Source: a virus
Taxonomy: Duplodnaviria > Caudoviricetes
Strand: one strand, 5' to 3'
Length of the DNA: 64,000 bases
Virus record (IMG/VR): IMGVR_UViG_3300022074_005559
The notes under the pieces were generated by a model. It did not search any database, was not told the origin of the DNA, and worked only from the letters and a program-made list of their open reading frames with translations. Position numbers and translations under genes: made by a program. The stretch's first letter is position 1. Each line of letters starts with the position of its first letter. This document shows positions 20,500 through 31,526 of this stretch, one piece after another.

Positions 20500-23400
20500 T
20501 AGTAACCATATCCTCCGCTTGATCCACTGCCGCTTGATCCACTGCCGCTTGATCCACTGCCGCTTGATCCACTACTGCCTGAACTGCTTGTTGTTGTAGT
20601 GCTAATATTATTTGTAACTGTATTTACTGCTGAGCTACTACTGCCTGCTGAGACACTTTCACTTGCTAAACTGGTTGAAGTAGTGTTTGTTACTGTACCG
20701 CTTGCTTGCAAACTATTTGCTGTGATAACATCAATCACTTCAATATCATTAACAGTCGCTGCGCTTACAAGTATTTCATCACGTTGACTTTGTATCTGGA
20801 ACAAACTACCAAAGTTACTGGTTGCTAGTTTTGGTACAATAATAATACTCAATACATCTGGTGCAAGTGCATTGTACAAATATGCAGCAAGTTCACTGAA
20901 GAAAAATGTATCACCAAAGTCCCAGTTTTCAATAGCAAAATAATCATTAATAGCTCTTATTACTCGTTCTTTGATTTCACTGTCACTGACCAATGTGCTG
21001 TTATTCTTAACAACTTTAAATGTTGCTTGCAACTCTTCATCTGCTTTGTCGCCAAACAATGGTCTAAATGTGATACCATTAAAGATTAGTGTGTCACTTA
21101 CACTTTTATACTGCTCAAGTTCTCCAAATGCATCACGCAACTCGTTGGTTGTTGGATTATTTGGTTTAGGCACATTGCTTGTTATGTCTGTTACATAGTT
21201 TCTGTAATCTGTGTTATACTGTCTTGTTAACAAGAACACATCAATAATATTACTTGGACTTGGATCAATGCGTCTATTGTTAGGACTGTTGTGTGTGTAT
21301 TGGAACAACAAATCTGCACGACCTGTACGCTTTACATAGTCTGTGGTTTGTGCAATACTTTTAACATTTGCACCACTTACACTGAGAATATAAAACTTGT
21401 CATCACTGCTTGCATAAAATATTTGTCCACTGGTGAACTGAGCTAGAACTTCTTGTATTGTTGCTTGTGTAGTATAACGCTGTTCAATGACTGTACTGTC
21501 TACAGGAGTATAAGTTAAGTATCCGCCACTGCTGGTTTCTGTTTTATAGAATACAATCTTTGTAGAACTGCCTACAGTAGGAGCAACAACAATATCAAAT
21601 ACTTCCGGATTATCAACAACGCCGTCGCTGTCAATATCTGGGAACGTTACTTTAATTCTATTTGTTAAAATATAACCATCCGTTTCAGTAATCACATCAT
21701 CAACTTGCATTGCATAATCTACAGCAAGACTGCTTGTACTGTCTGGTAGTGCGTTAACTTTTAGAATGTTAATTTTATCTTTGATTGTTTTGCCTGTGCG
21801 TGGATCAAAAATAGTCAAGTCTTTATCAAAGTAAAAACGTGTTTCTAGTTTGCTTTCAAAAATATAACTTGTACTGCGATAGTTCACAGTATATGTAGAT
21901 CCATCATTGGTAAACTTGAACCACCAACTGTTGTCTAGACTTGTGTTACTGGTATTGCCAGCATTTGTCAAACTAAATGTATTTGCTTGGTTAAGATTTA
22001 AACTTTCAATGATTGCCCACGATTGTGTATCTCTATCATAGCGCAACCCAAATGTTTTATAATCGCCTACTGCTTGAATGACTGCGTTTCTAACAGTACT
22101 ACCCAGTGTTGTAACCCATGGAGCAATAACTTCTTTTAGCACTGCATCTGCTGGAATAACTTCACTAAGTGTCACAGGACCGGAACCGTCGTCAAGATTT
22201 CCTTTTCCTTGATTAGTTCCATCTGTTATCACTGTTGTGATACTAGCCCAAATAAAGTCTCTAGTATTAATCGTACCACTAGTGCCATTAATAAGGTTAT
22301 TGTTAATGTCAAAAACTTTGCCACCTGGCGCAATAAACTTTAGTAGACTGCCTACTTTTGCATATTTCAAGTTACTACTGGTAAACTGTCCAATCTTTTG
22401 TGCAGCATCTACGTCATTTTTAAAATAACCAGTACATGTGCCTGTAGTAGTGGTTGTGAGATTCCAATCAATGTTTAGTCCCTCTACATTAATACCACCA
22501 TAGTTTTTAAGGTAGAAATGCAAACTATCGTTTTTAAGAATGTTCTTTTCTACTTGCTGTGCAATAACATTACTGATGTCACTGTCAGTGATAAACGTAA
22601 ACTGAAACTTTTGCAAGTCTTCTGTACGATAGAAAATACCATCTTCAGCAACAATGTTTGTACTACCATATTTTCCAGTTGTATCACGCACATCCAAGTA
22701 ACGACTAATACCACTAGCAGTTCTGTTGATTGCTTTGCTTTTAATAATATTACTGAACTTTGTGTAAGGCAAAACTTGGTAGTCTTCACCAGTAATCATA
22801 CGATCCTGTGTGTAGTACTGTTGCTGTGCTTTTTGCTTTACATCTATTAAACTTTCTCTGCCGCTTGCATTTGCAATAGTGCTTTGCAGTGTTAGATTAA
22901 TAGTTAAGTTTTCAATCTGATTGACATGACTGATATAGGGCATAACAATCTGTATGTTAGCCATGTCATCTGGAATAATCTTATATGTAGTACCTGCGCC
23001 TGTGCGGAAATATACACGGAACGAACCTGTTGGAATATTAGAGAATACGTCATCTCCAAACACCAAACTGATTTGATCATCTGCACGACTGCGCACTGTG
23101 AATAAGTTTTTATTGTTTACACTAAGACTGTTGTAGATAACATTGTTGCCACTGATTGCTGGTACTTTGTCCCAGCGTGTAGTTTCGTTTCCTCTATCAT
23201 CCAGTTGATACAACCATACATCATTATTGTCAACATTGTTTATATCAATATCTACTGTACGGTTAGGTAGTTTTTCAGCAATGCTAAAGTCTGCACTTTG
23301 CAAGTTACCTTGTTTAAAGTAGAAAAAGAAGCCGTTGTTGGCACTGTTGAATCCGCGGTTGTCGTTGCGATAAATGATGTTTGTTGTTGAGCTTGGCTGA

Positions 23401-24089
23401 GGTGATGCTTCATACAAGTAGTCTGTACCGCTGTATGTACCTTTTACAAGTTCAAAGTCCAGTGTTTGCGCACCTACATTGTTTTGAAAATCATATACAG
23501 GCACAGTGCCTTCGCCGATTCTAATATTATATTCTTCAATATTGATACCACCAATGGTTGTCTTCAGTCCAGGATTACCAAACTGTTGTGTGCTAACCAT
23601 TGCAGCATTTAGTATTGTTGTAAACTGTTCTAAGAAGTCACTGTTAGTAGGATCGCCCCAAGTGATTTCTTGGTCACGCAGATTGTTACCATTACTGTCT
23701 GATATATCTTCTGTGGTCTGTACGCTGGTTACTTTAAGTAAGCCTCTAGCAATCTGCTGACGCTTTGGATAATAGTTAAGCATGCGAGCCAAGCGTAGTA
23801 TGCTGTCTCTGCGTTCTGCTGTTTCTAAAAAGTTCTCACGAGCGTTTAAGTCTGCACGGAAACTTAGGCTTTGCCCAAGAAATGCAATAAGGTCAATGAG
23901 TGCAATATACTCACTGCTTTCAATAAAATCGTTGAAATCTTCTGGGTAGTATGTGCGGATATAATCCACCATACTTTTACGAATAGTTTCGTAATCATAA
24001 CTTTGAAAGTCTGCTTCACGAAAGGTTTGGTATACTTTTTTCCAATCTTCAGCAGCGAATAAGTTTGCTTGTCTTGTGCTTGCAGCCAT
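20499..24089 (-). CDS. gp6: Baseplate wedge protein, gp6-like, 1196 aa
   Basis: YDYETIRKSM..DFIESSEYIALIDLIAF..ENFLETA.RRDSILRLA..LNY N-terminus; QDRMITGEDY motif; follows gp25. Confidence 0.85.
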   Translation of the reverse strand: MAASTRQANLFAAEDWKKVYQTFREADFQSYDYETIRKSMVDYIRTYYPEDFNDFIESSEYIALIDLIAFLGQSLSFRADLNARENFLETAERRDSILRLARMLNYYPKRQQIARGLLKVTSVQTTEDISDSNGNNLRDQEITWGDPTNSDFLEQFTTILNAAMVSTQQFGNPGLKTTIGGINIEEYNIRIGEGTVPVYDFQNNVGAQTLDFELVKGTYSGTDYLYEASPQPSSTTNIIYRNDNRGFNSANNGFFFYFKQGNLQSADFSIAEKLPNRTVDIDINNVDNNDVWLYQLDDRGNETTRWDKVPAISGNNVIYNSLSVNNKNLFTVRSRADDQISLVFGDDVFSNIPTGSFRVYFRTGAGTTYKIIPDDMANIQIVMPYISHVNQIENLTINLTLQSTIANASGRESLIDVKQKAQQQYYTQDRMITGEDYQVLPYTKFSNIIKSKAINRTASGISRYLDVRDTTGKYGSTNIVAEDGIFYRTEDLQKFQFTFITDSDISNVIAQQVEKNILKNDSLHFYLKNYGGINVEGLNIDWNLTTTTTGTCTGYFKNDVDAAQKIGQFTSSNLKYAKVGSLLKFIAPGGKVFDINNNLINGTSGTINTRDFIWASITTVITDGTNQGKGNLDDGSGPVTLSEVIPADAVLKEVIAPWVTTLGSTVRNAVIQAVGDYKTFGLRYDRDTQSWAIIESLNLNQANTFSLTNAGNTSNTSLDNSWWFKFTNDGSTYTVNYRSTSYIFESKLETRFYFDKDLTIFDPRTGKTIKDKINILKVNALPDSTSSLAVDYAMQVDDVITETDGYILTNRIKVTFPDIDSDGVVDNPEVFDIVVAPTVGSSTKIVFYKTETSSGGYLTYTPVDSTVIEQRYTTQATIQEVLAQFTSGQIFYASSDDKFYILSVSGANVKSIAQTTDYVKRTGRADLLFQYTHNSPNNRRIDPSPSNIIDVFLLTRQYNTDYRNYVTDITSNVPKPNNPTTNELRDAFGELEQYKSVSDTLIFNGITFRPLFGDKADEELQATFKVVKNNSTLVSDSEIKERVIRAINDYFAIENWDFGDTFFFSELAAYLYNALAPDVLSIIIVPKLATSNFGSLFQIQSQRDEILVSAATVNDIEVIDVITANSLQASGTVTNTTSTSLASESVSAGSSSSAVNTVTNNISTTTTSSSGSSGSSGSGSSGSGSSGSGSSGGYGY
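20515..20574. repeat. 15-bp tandem repeat x4 (CCGCTTGATCCACTG), encodes SGSSG
   Basis: Three identical copies plus one with a single mismatch. Confidence 0.95.
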
Positions 24090-24120
24090 TTTCCTACAAT
24101 CCTAATTCTTTGTATTGCAG

Positions 24121-24127
24121 TATTTAT
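24121..24127 (-). promoter_or_regulatory. Late promoter ATAAATA
   Basis: Motif in gap between gp25 and gp6. Confidence 0.65.
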
Positions 24128-24148
24128 TAACTGTATAATATAGGTATA

Positions 24149-24526
24149 TTATTCAAGTTCTCTATCTGGTCTACTAAAGTTAACAATCATGTTTTCAACT
24201 TGATTATTGTGAACATAACGAACTTGCATTTCGATTTGTAGTCCATTACCAAACTCGTCTAGCACTACACCTTGACTAACAATGCGAGGATCGGCGGCTA
24301 TAACAGCATCTACTTCTTGGACGATTCTGCCTTTTATTTCTTCTGTAAGAGGATCAAACAGTAAATCTTGTATTGAAGTACCAAAGTCGCCATTCATAAG
24401 TTTTTCTCCCTTACGAATCGCAAAATGATTCAATAAATCACGTTTAATCAAATCAGTATCAGTTAACTTTGAACTACCAAAGTTATTACCTACTGTGCTG
24501 AATCCTTTGTATGTTGCAACTGCCAT
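24149..24526 (-). CDS. gp25: Baseplate wedge subunit gp25
   Basis: LIKRDLLNHF.IRKGEKLMN.DFGT.I.DLLFDP, DPRI motif; 125 aa. Confidence 0.9.
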   Translation of the reverse strand: MAVATYKGFSTVGNNFGSSKLTDTDLIKRDLLNHFAIRKGEKLMNGDFGTSIQDLLFDPLTEEIKGRIVQEVDAVIAADPRIVSQGVVLDEFGNGLQIEMQVRYVHNNQVENMIVNFSRPDRELE

Positions 24527-24534
24527 AACTGTAT

Positions 24535-27441
24535 TTAACCTCCTTTTTGTAGTTGATCACGCAAGGCATAAAGTCTTATAAGTTGATCATTGAACTGTTT
24601 GCGTTGTTGAGGACTTAACTTACCCTCAAAATCAAGGTCAAACTTTTGAGCGTCTATTTGTGCAATCTGGTCGTCAATCTGTTTGATCTTGCCGCCATTC
24701 TTACCACTGTACGGATCATAAGGTTTTGCTGTAGTTGTTTCACCTCCTGTTACAGGAGTTGTTGTAGTTGTACTTCCGCCGCCAGTGGTGCTAACAATAC
24801 TTTGCTCATTAATCGTTGTATCTCCAATTACTGTAGTGCTTGTAGTAGTGGTTGTTTTTGCTGGTTCTTTTATCTTTGTAACACGCTCTGCGGCTGCCGC
24901 GCCTGTTGATATAGCATCTTTAACTTTACTTGAAACATCAATACCATTCGGAATATTAGTAGTATTTCGTATTACACCTTGGAAATCTTGTCTACCTTGC
25001 CTTACTGCGCTAGCAACTTCTGTACTAGATATATTTGCCGCTGTTAACATACCCATAACTTCTTTTGGACCATCTGTAACTTGAATAGCACCATCGTTAA
25101 GCATTTTTTGGTAGTCACTAGCAACTACTTGTTGCATTACTTGTTCTTGTAATCCACCATTGCCTAAAAACTTGCCAAGACTGTTTGCTCCGCCTTTGCC
25201 TGTCCATACACTTGGATCTGCAAGTTGGTCATTAAATATTGCTTCAGGTCTGACAAGCCCTTGTGATTTAAGTTGATCAACGTTAAATCCATATTTGCCA
25301 ACACTTTTAGTTGCAGCGTCCACAAAAGCATTATTGTTGAGACTGCCTACTTGTTGTACAACAGCAGCATTTAATCCTTGCATGTCTAGGCTGTCAAGGA
25401 CACCTATACTAAATCCTGTGTCAAGCTGCTGAACAATGTCTGTGACAGGAAACTGTTTAAGTACAGGACTGTCTAATAAAGCAGGCAATGAATCATTAAG
25501 TTGAGGTACAACTTTGCCTAATGCAGGACCAAACTCTTGTGCTAGTCCTGGAAGTTGTGCGTCTAATGCGCCAGTAATATTCGTAATCTTACCAGTTGCA
25601 TCTGTAACTAGTTTTCCAAAATCAGCTCCTTGAAGTTGACTTGTGGCACTACCAATAGCACCTTGAATATCTTCTATAGGCAAGTTGCTGGTTATTTGTG
25701 ACAAGTCACTAGAGATTGCACCAAAGTCTAGCCCGCCAAGAGCGTCGCCTAAACCTGCCTCACCGAGAACGTTTGTAAAATCTCCTGTTAAGAAGTCTCC
25801 ACCCAAGTTACCTGCAATATCACCAAAGCCGCCGCCGAATGAAGTACCAAAAAAGTCCCCTGCACTACCTCCTAGTGTTCCACCTAAGCCAGTTGCTAAA
25901 CCACCGCTAGAACCTAACGCACCAGCGACTGCACCTAAGCCGCCAGCAGCGCCTGCTCCAGCAGCAATCGGGCCGGCAATAGGACCAATCACACCAAATG
26001 CTCCGCCTGCTAATCCACCGCCGCCGCCTGCTAATCCACCTGTATAAGGACTAGGCGTATTGTTCTTACCGTGATCTACAAATGGCTCATGTGTTGTAGG
26101 TCTGTCTACTGTTGTTTGCAAAGGTGCAGGTGCTGTGGTAAACTGTCCTGCTCCTCGGTCAAAGTCAACTTCTTCTTTGCTTAATACATTTACACTCTTA
26201 GCACTTTTAGCAGGTGTTTTAGGACCTTGTAGCAACACAAGACTGCCTGCAATACTCATAACACCGCCACAGTTAATAAAGGCTTGACTTTTTGCTGTTG
26301 CATTTAAACTACCGCCACTGTCTAAGTGTAGTCCCGATTTACCTGTAATACCTGCTTCACCTTCAGTGGTCATTACAAGTTGTTCTTTGCCTTCTACATG
26401 CATTTGTTTTTCACTAACAAACTGCGTGTAGCCTTTGCTGTGAAACTTGATATTTTGATCGGCATGAAAGTTTAAGTTTTTACTGCGGAAGTTTATACTA
26501 TCATTGGCATACACATCCATAGTGCCTGTGTTGTTGAGTTCAATCCAAACACTGCCTTCTGCATTGCCTACATAAATCAACCCTTCAGTGTCATTCATTA
26601 ATATTTGATGACCTGTGCTGGTTCTTAATCTTATTTGATTGCTGTTGCCATCAACATCGCCATCATCAAGTGCAATACTGTGACCTTTGCGTCTACCATA
26701 TGGACCAAGCAATCCATCTAACACATGTTTGTTTGTTGTATTCTTATCTTTGAGTTGGCTGTTATATTTTACAGTAAAGTCTAATCCATCAGTATCAACA
26801 CGTCGCCCTTTACTACTGATGCCTATTATTTCACTAGGACTTTCACGCATGTAACCGCTGCTGTTCAATCCACGTGTCTTGTCTTGATCCAATCCTTGTG
26901 TTACACTGGCTTGTTGTGTAAAGAAATCTTCTGGTCTGTTTTGTGATTTCCAGTTTGTGACTGCCTTGGTGTCTTTGTCGCCTTGTGGAATATCATTAAA
27001 CTCACCTGATGCTACATCGTTGAATAATGTTGGCTCAGGCAGTGTTTGCATCATAAATGTGTCTGGAACACACGCAAAATAATAACCTTCAGCATTGCGT
27101 CCTTCTGGGAAGAAGCACAGCACCTTAGTGCCTAGGTCTGGCGGAGGAGTAACAATGCCTGCAGGAACTTTTGTGCCAGCATAAGTGTCGCCAACGCCTT
27201 GATTGTCTACACGACTGTAAAAAGGACTACAGTAACGCACTGTGCGCCACTGTGCTTTGTCTTTTGGATCATTACTAAATGTTGGAATCCATACTTGAAT
27301 CACACCCATGTGTGCACCATGTACATTGGCTTTTACAATGCCAGTAACAATGCCACGTTCTTCTCTTACACCCCTTAACTGGGAGGTATCATATTGCTGG
27401 TCGCCACCTTTAGCGCCTTGTTTCGATATATCTACTGCCAT
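24535..27441 (-). CDS. Baseplate hub/spike protein (gp5/VgrG-like) with Gly-rich linker and lysozyme-like remnant
   Basis: OB-fold-like start (GVIQVWIP..WRTVRYCSPF..PPDLGTKVL), IRLRTSTGHQILMNDT beta-helix start. Confidence 0.75.
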   Translation of the reverse strand: MAVDISKQGAKGGDQQYDTSQLRGVREERGIVTGIVKANVHGAHMGVIQVWIPTFSNDPKDKAQWRTVRYCSPFYSRVDNQGVGDTYAGTKVPAGIVTPPPDLGTKVLCFFPEGRNAEGYYFACVPDTFMMQTLPEPTLFNDVASGEFNDIPQGDKDTKAVTNWKSQNRPEDFFTQQASVTQGLDQDKTRGLNSSGYMRESPSEIIGISSKGRRVDTDGLDFTVKYNSQLKDKNTTNKHVLDGLLGPYGRRKGHSIALDDGDVDGNSNQIRLRTSTGHQILMNDTEGLIYVGNAEGSVWIELNNTGTMDVYANDSINFRSKNLNFHADQNIKFHSKGYTQFVSEKQMHVEGKEQLVMTTEGEAGITGKSGLHLDSGGSLNATAKSQAFINCGGVMSIAGSLVLLQGPKTPAKSAKSVNVLSKEEVDFDRGAGQFTTAPAPLQTTVDRPTTHEPFVDHGKNNTPSPYTGGLAGGGGGLAGGAFGVIGPIAGPIAAGAGAAGGLGAVAGALGSSGGLATGLGGTLGGSAGDFFGTSFGGGFGDIAGNLGGDFLTGDFTNVLGEAGLGDALGGLDFGAISSDLSQITSNLPIEDIQGAIGSATSQLQGADFGKLVTDATGKITNITGALDAQLPGLAQEFGPALGKVVPQLNDSLPALLDSPVLKQFPVTDIVQQLDTGFSIGVLDSLDMQGLNAAVVQQVGSLNNNAFVDAATKSVGKYGFNVDQLKSQGLVRPEAIFNDQLADPSVWTGKGGANSLGKFLGNGGLQEQVMQQVVASDYQKMLNDGAIQVTDGPKEVMGMLTAANISSTEVASAVRQGRQDFQGVIRNTTNIPNGIDVSSKVKDAISTGAAAAERVTKIKEPAKTTTTTSTTVIGDTTINEQSIVSTTGGGSTTTTTPVTGGETTTAKPYDPYSGKNGGKIKQIDDQIAQIDAQKFDLDFEGKLSPQQRKQFNDQLIRLYALRDQLQKGG

Positions 27442-30363
27442 TTATTCGCCATCCAACTCGCCATCTCGGAATATTTCTACGATTACACCCGGAGGATCAA
27501 CTTCCGGTAATGTGCGTTGTATCCTTGAACTTCTTAGTATTGCATCATCATATTGTGGTTTAGCAGGTTTTCCAAATGCTTCGTATTCGTAGTCATTTAC
27601 ATTTGCTCCTGTTGAAAACTCTCCTGCACTGCCAATGTTATAAGCATCGTCCGTATTGCTTGCAACACTAGCATTACCAAAAGTTCTAGGACCTGCTCGT
27701 TGATCTCTAAGTATTTGATCTTGATAAGTGTTGCGTTCAGTGTTAGTTTGATTTGCTTGTCGTTGCACACCGCCGCCTGCTTGAGGTTGCAGTGGCTCTC
27801 TGATACCATTTAGCCGTTGTTGAAACACACCACCACTAAATGTATTGTCAATACTAGTTAGTCTGTATATACCACTAAAGGCACTGTTTCCATGTTTAAA
27901 AGGAAAAGCAAGTCCTGTATTTTCATCATAGTCAGTGGGTGTGCGCAGATTAACTTGTACATATGGTGGACTAATATTGTAGTTAATCGTTCCATCAGGC
28001 ATAAATGCCTCTGTATAACTTTGTCCACGTCTAACTTTATCTTGCCAGTATGCGTCACTGGTAGGAATAAATGCAGGATCTCCTAGTATTTGCATGTCTA
28101 GTTCAACCATGTCAACACCGTCACTCATTACACTGCTGAACAAATCTTTTGCACGATTGCGTGTTAAAGTATTTGGACCATTAACTGTATTTCCTTCTAC
28201 ACTTTGCGGCACTTCTTTTACAACTGGAGCAAAATGACTATTGCTGCTTTTATTTGCAAAAGGACTACCTGTACCTGCCGTCATCACCTGCATGAATGCA
28301 GCTCTAAACTTCATGTTGAAATCTAACACTTCAGTGTTATTACCTTCAAACATATAGTTGTATATCTTATGCACTCCTTCGCCTACTGGTTTGGATTTTT
28401 TAGCCCAAGGAAAATCACTGTAATAGATATTGTTTTTTTCTACAGCATATGCAATGTTGTATTTCATTCTTCCATCTTTTTGATCATATCCTTTGCCAGG
28501 GCCTTCTGAGCTCATAAACACAGGTCGTATTTTAAACCATTTAATAGGATCACCACTACTTGCATATTGATCAGGATTGTCTACAACATTTTGATCCATG
28601 TAATCACTGTGCATGATCACAAGGTTGATCAGTTTTGTTATATCAGTACCAGCATTGATTTTAAACGTAGAAGTTCCTTTATCTAACGTAACTCCAGTTG
28701 CAAGACCTTGGACATATGCTTCGAACTGACTTTTGTCTCCTGCATCTTTAGTTTTCTTCTCACCTTCTGTAGGAGACGGTGTGTTTAGTGCATCATACAG
28801 ACTGTCCATGTTCAGTTTTGCATTGGCTATTTCTGCCGCAATCAAAAACTCGTAAGTATCATAACCCTCTGCTGCTGGCGGCACAACGGTTTCAGATACT
28901 GCAAAATCTGCTTCTCTTAACACTGTGCGTGGTTTGGTACGGTCTTTTTGCACTCCTGTCAGTATTTCTGCTAGGTTTTTAGACTTTTCTTTTACAGTGG
29001 TTTTTTTAATATGTTCTACTTCACTGTCATCGCCTTCGTCAATGATTAGTTCTCTTTCTTCGATTACTCTTTCTTTAATGACTCCTGCACTGAAGATATC
29101 GCCCACTGTTTTTGCTTTTACTTCTACGTTAAATGGAATAGTACTCATTATACTACCCATAATAGTGTTAGCAAAAGGAATAGCAGTTACACGATATTGT
29201 GTACCTGCTGTGGTAACATCAAACTGCATGTCTGTGATTCTAATAGGAATGTACTTTGGTAAACTTGGTGCAACTACAGGCGTACCATTTTCATCATAGC
29301 CTTTGAAACTTATTTCCAACAAATAAGGAGCATGAATATAACGCTCTCTAGTACTGGCTAACACTGAGCCTGCTAGTCTTTGCAGTCTTTCCAACAGTGT
29401 AACACCACGTGGCTCTGTGATTGTAAATCTTACATCTGTAGCATTTGTATTTTGTTTAAACTTGTTTGGTCCTACTGCAATGTTTGTTACTTCTAAATCG
29501 TCGATAAAAAACTCATCAAACCATTCAGATCCTTGATTGTCTAATCCAACACCACCACTGCGCATAAGCAAAAATGCGTTAGGAGGACTAAGTGCTTCCT
29601 GCGGTGTGCGAGGTTGATTTGTAATATCAATATAACTTCTACTGTTCATCATATACAGTGCAATGTTATAAGTGTAACTTGCAATGTTGTTCAGTTCATT
29701 TAATCGAGGATTGATCTGTAGTTTTGTAATATCCTCCATGAAAGGACCTGTGTTAAGAGCAGTAGGATCTTTTACATTGCTGATTTTTGTTTTTGTTCGA
29801 GCACTTTCGTTAAGTCCTATAGGAGGTCCTGTTTCTCCATCGCTGCGTGTCACTTGTCCATTATGCTGTGCATCCAAGTCGTCATCGTACTCATCTTCCA
29901 TGCCATAGATAACTTGTTCTGGTGCATCACTGCTTACAGTTTTACCTGAACTTCCTCGGTCTAGTTTTTTATTATTCCAAATGCCTTCACCATATGCACC
30001 TGTGCTAGCACCTTGATAATCCTGTCTGCCACGTCTATCTCCATCATCTATGCCAGGCACAGTTGTACTTTGATTTTGCGTTACTCTAATAGGATCTGGT
30101 TCTACATTAAAAAGACTGGTGTCTTGAGGTGCTGGATTGCTAGTCTGTGTTCTTTGTCCATACCCTTGTCTGTAAAACTTATTATAGTTTGGATTATAAA
30201 CAGGAGAGTTGGGATCTGAGTCGCCTACTCTGTCAATAGCATATCCCGCGGAGCGAAGTTGTTGTAATGTTTCTGGTGGTAAGCCGTCTGTAGAACTTGC
30301 ATCTTTACCTTGGAACGAGTCTATATATTCTTGTTGAAATGGATTTTTAGTGTTGCCAGCCAT
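27442..30363 (-). CDS. Baseplate hub protein (gp27/late control D-like)
   Basis: ITEP.G.TLLE motif; C-terminal M.ILGDP..FSGIY.LTSI...F..G.F.Q.L; position next to gp5-like gene. Confidence 0.6.
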   Translation of the reverse strand: MAGNTKNPFQQEYIDSFQGKDASSTDGLPPETLQQLRSAGYAIDRVGDSDPNSPVYNPNYNKFYRQGYGQRTQTSNPAPQDTSLFNVEPDPIRVTQNQSTTVPGIDDGDRRGRQDYQGASTGAYGEGIWNNKKLDRGSSGKTVSSDAPEQVIYGMEDEYDDDLDAQHNGQVTRSDGETGPPIGLNESARTKTKISNVKDPTALNTGPFMEDITKLQINPRLNELNNIASYTYNIALYMMNSRSYIDITNQPRTPQEALSPPNAFLLMRSGGVGLDNQGSEWFDEFFIDDLEVTNIAVGPNKFKQNTNATDVRFTITEPRGVTLLERLQRLAGSVLASTRERYIHAPYLLEISFKGYDENGTPVVAPSLPKYIPIRITDMQFDVTTAGTQYRVTAIPFANTIMGSIMSTIPFNVEVKAKTVGDIFSAGVIKERVIEERELIIDEGDDSEVEHIKKTTVKEKSKNLAEILTGVQKDRTKPRTVLREADFAVSETVVPPAAEGYDTYEFLIAAEIANAKLNMDSLYDALNTPSPTEGEKKTKDAGDKSQFEAYVQGLATGVTLDKGTSTFKINAGTDITKLINLVIMHSDYMDQNVVDNPDQYASSGDPIKWFKIRPVFMSSEGPGKGYDQKDGRMKYNIAYAVEKNNIYYSDFPWAKKSKPVGEGVHKIYNYMFEGNNTEVLDFNMKFRAAFMQVMTAGTGSPFANKSSNSHFAPVVKEVPQSVEGNTVNGPNTLTRNRAKDLFSSVMSDGVDMVELDMQILGDPAFIPTSDAYWQDKVRRGQSYTEAFMPDGTINYNISPPYVQVNLRTPTDYDENTGLAFPFKHGNSAFSGIYRLTSIDNTFSGGVFQQRLNGIREPLQPQAGGGVQRQANQTNTERNTYQDQILRDQRAGPRTFGNASVASNTDDAYNIGSAGEFSTGANVNDYEYEAFGKPAKPQYDDAILRSSRIQRTLPEVDPPGVIVEIFRDGELDGE

Positions 30364-30364
30364 A

Positions 30365-30664
30365 TTAGATTCCTAACGCTGAGTCGATTACATCCTTTTT
30401 TGGAATATAAAACTTCTGACCTACACGGAAATCCCAAATAGGATCTTCAAATGCATTTGGATTTCTTGCAATAAAAACCCACCACAGGTTACTGTTACCA
30501 TACAAGTCATAGGCTAGCAGATCAGGTCTGTATTCATGAACTTGTGTTATGGTATGCAAAATATCATCTAGACGTGGAGGGATGCGTCTAGGCACTAGTA
30601 CATCTAAATAACTGCTGTATGTATTTGTGTTAGCGTATGGACTATCACTGCGATAAGTTGCCAT
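30365..30664 (-). CDS. gp53: Baseplate wedge protein gp53-like (LysM-like)
   Basis: YRPDLLAYDLYGNSNLWWVF..N....DP..DF..G..YIP. Confidence 0.85.
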   Translation of the reverse strand: MATYRSDSPYANTNTYSSYLDVLVPRRIPPRLDDILHTITQVHEYRPDLLAYDLYGNSNLWWVFIARNPNAFEDPIWDFRVGQKFYIPKKDVIDSALGI

Positions 30665-31503
30665 TACAAGTGTCCTCCACCTCTGCCAGGCTTGCCAATC
30701 AACTGCCCGCTTGCAAACTTCTGTAAACTAAAGTTACCGATTTGATTTTTGGTATAGATAGGTGATAGGCTCAGTGTAACAGCCATGTAACTAGGTATCA
30801 TAGTTTTTGTTGCTACATCAGGTGATGCCGCTAAAGGAACTTCAATATAATCTCTGTCTGATGGCATAATTTCTGTAAAGTTTGTCAGCACACACGGCAC
30901 ACTGTTGTAGTTGAATGGACCATAGCCGCTAAGTCTTAGAACCGGCGGCGGTGTGCCTCTGAGACTGTCTGAACCATAAAACATTTTGTAAGCACTACGA
31001 AGAAAATGCAGAACTGCAAAAACATAACGTGCTTCATCACCTGTGTTTGCTGTAAAATATCCATCAAGGCTGATAACATCAACACTGCTGGCATTATAGC
31101 TGTGCTGAATGTAGTTACTGTGTGTAGGATGTGTGCCTGTGTAACTTGCACTGTGACTCACACTGATTGTCGGTGTGTAAGGAAATAGTATGCCGTCTGT
31201 GTCCTGCAAAGGTTCAAGTAGTTTACTGCTTGATCTATACAAGATGTTAGCAGCTCCAGGACTAAGACTGAGTCTAACACGAGTGTCGTTGTCTCTAAAA
31301 GTAGTTGTTGCAATATCCTGCAAAAATGGAAAACGTTCTGTTGCGGCGTTAAGCCCAGCACCAAGCAACCTGTTAGCACTTGCACCTAGTATGTTACGTC
31401 CAATCTTACTGAGAGGATCGTTACCAGGAAGTGCTTTGCCGATTTTACCATCTACAAAACTGTTTGCTTTTCTAAGAAACTTACTACCTAAGTTAAAGGG
31501 CAT
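30664..31503 (-). CDS. Tail tube initiator/baseplate-tube junction protein (gp48/gp54-like)
   Basis: GILFPYTPTI, FTA....EA.Y..A..HFLRS..KMFYG, PPPVLRLSGYG, VPCVLT. Confidence 0.7.
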   Translation of the reverse strand: MPFNLGSKFLRKANSFVDGKIGKALPGNDPLSKIGRNILGASANRLLGAGLNAATERFPFLQDIATTTFRDNDTRVRLSLSPGAANILYRSSSKLLEPLQDTDGILFPYTPTISVSHSASYTGTHPTHSNYIQHSYNASSVDVISLDGYFTANTGDEARYVFAVLHFLRSAYKMFYGSDSLRGTPPPVLRLSGYGPFNYNSVPCVLTNFTEIMPSDRDYIEVPLAASPDVATKTMIPSYMAVTLSLSPIYTKNQIGNFSLQKFASGQLIGKPGRGGGHL

Positions 31504-31526
31504 TTTAAAAATCCTATATTTTTTTC

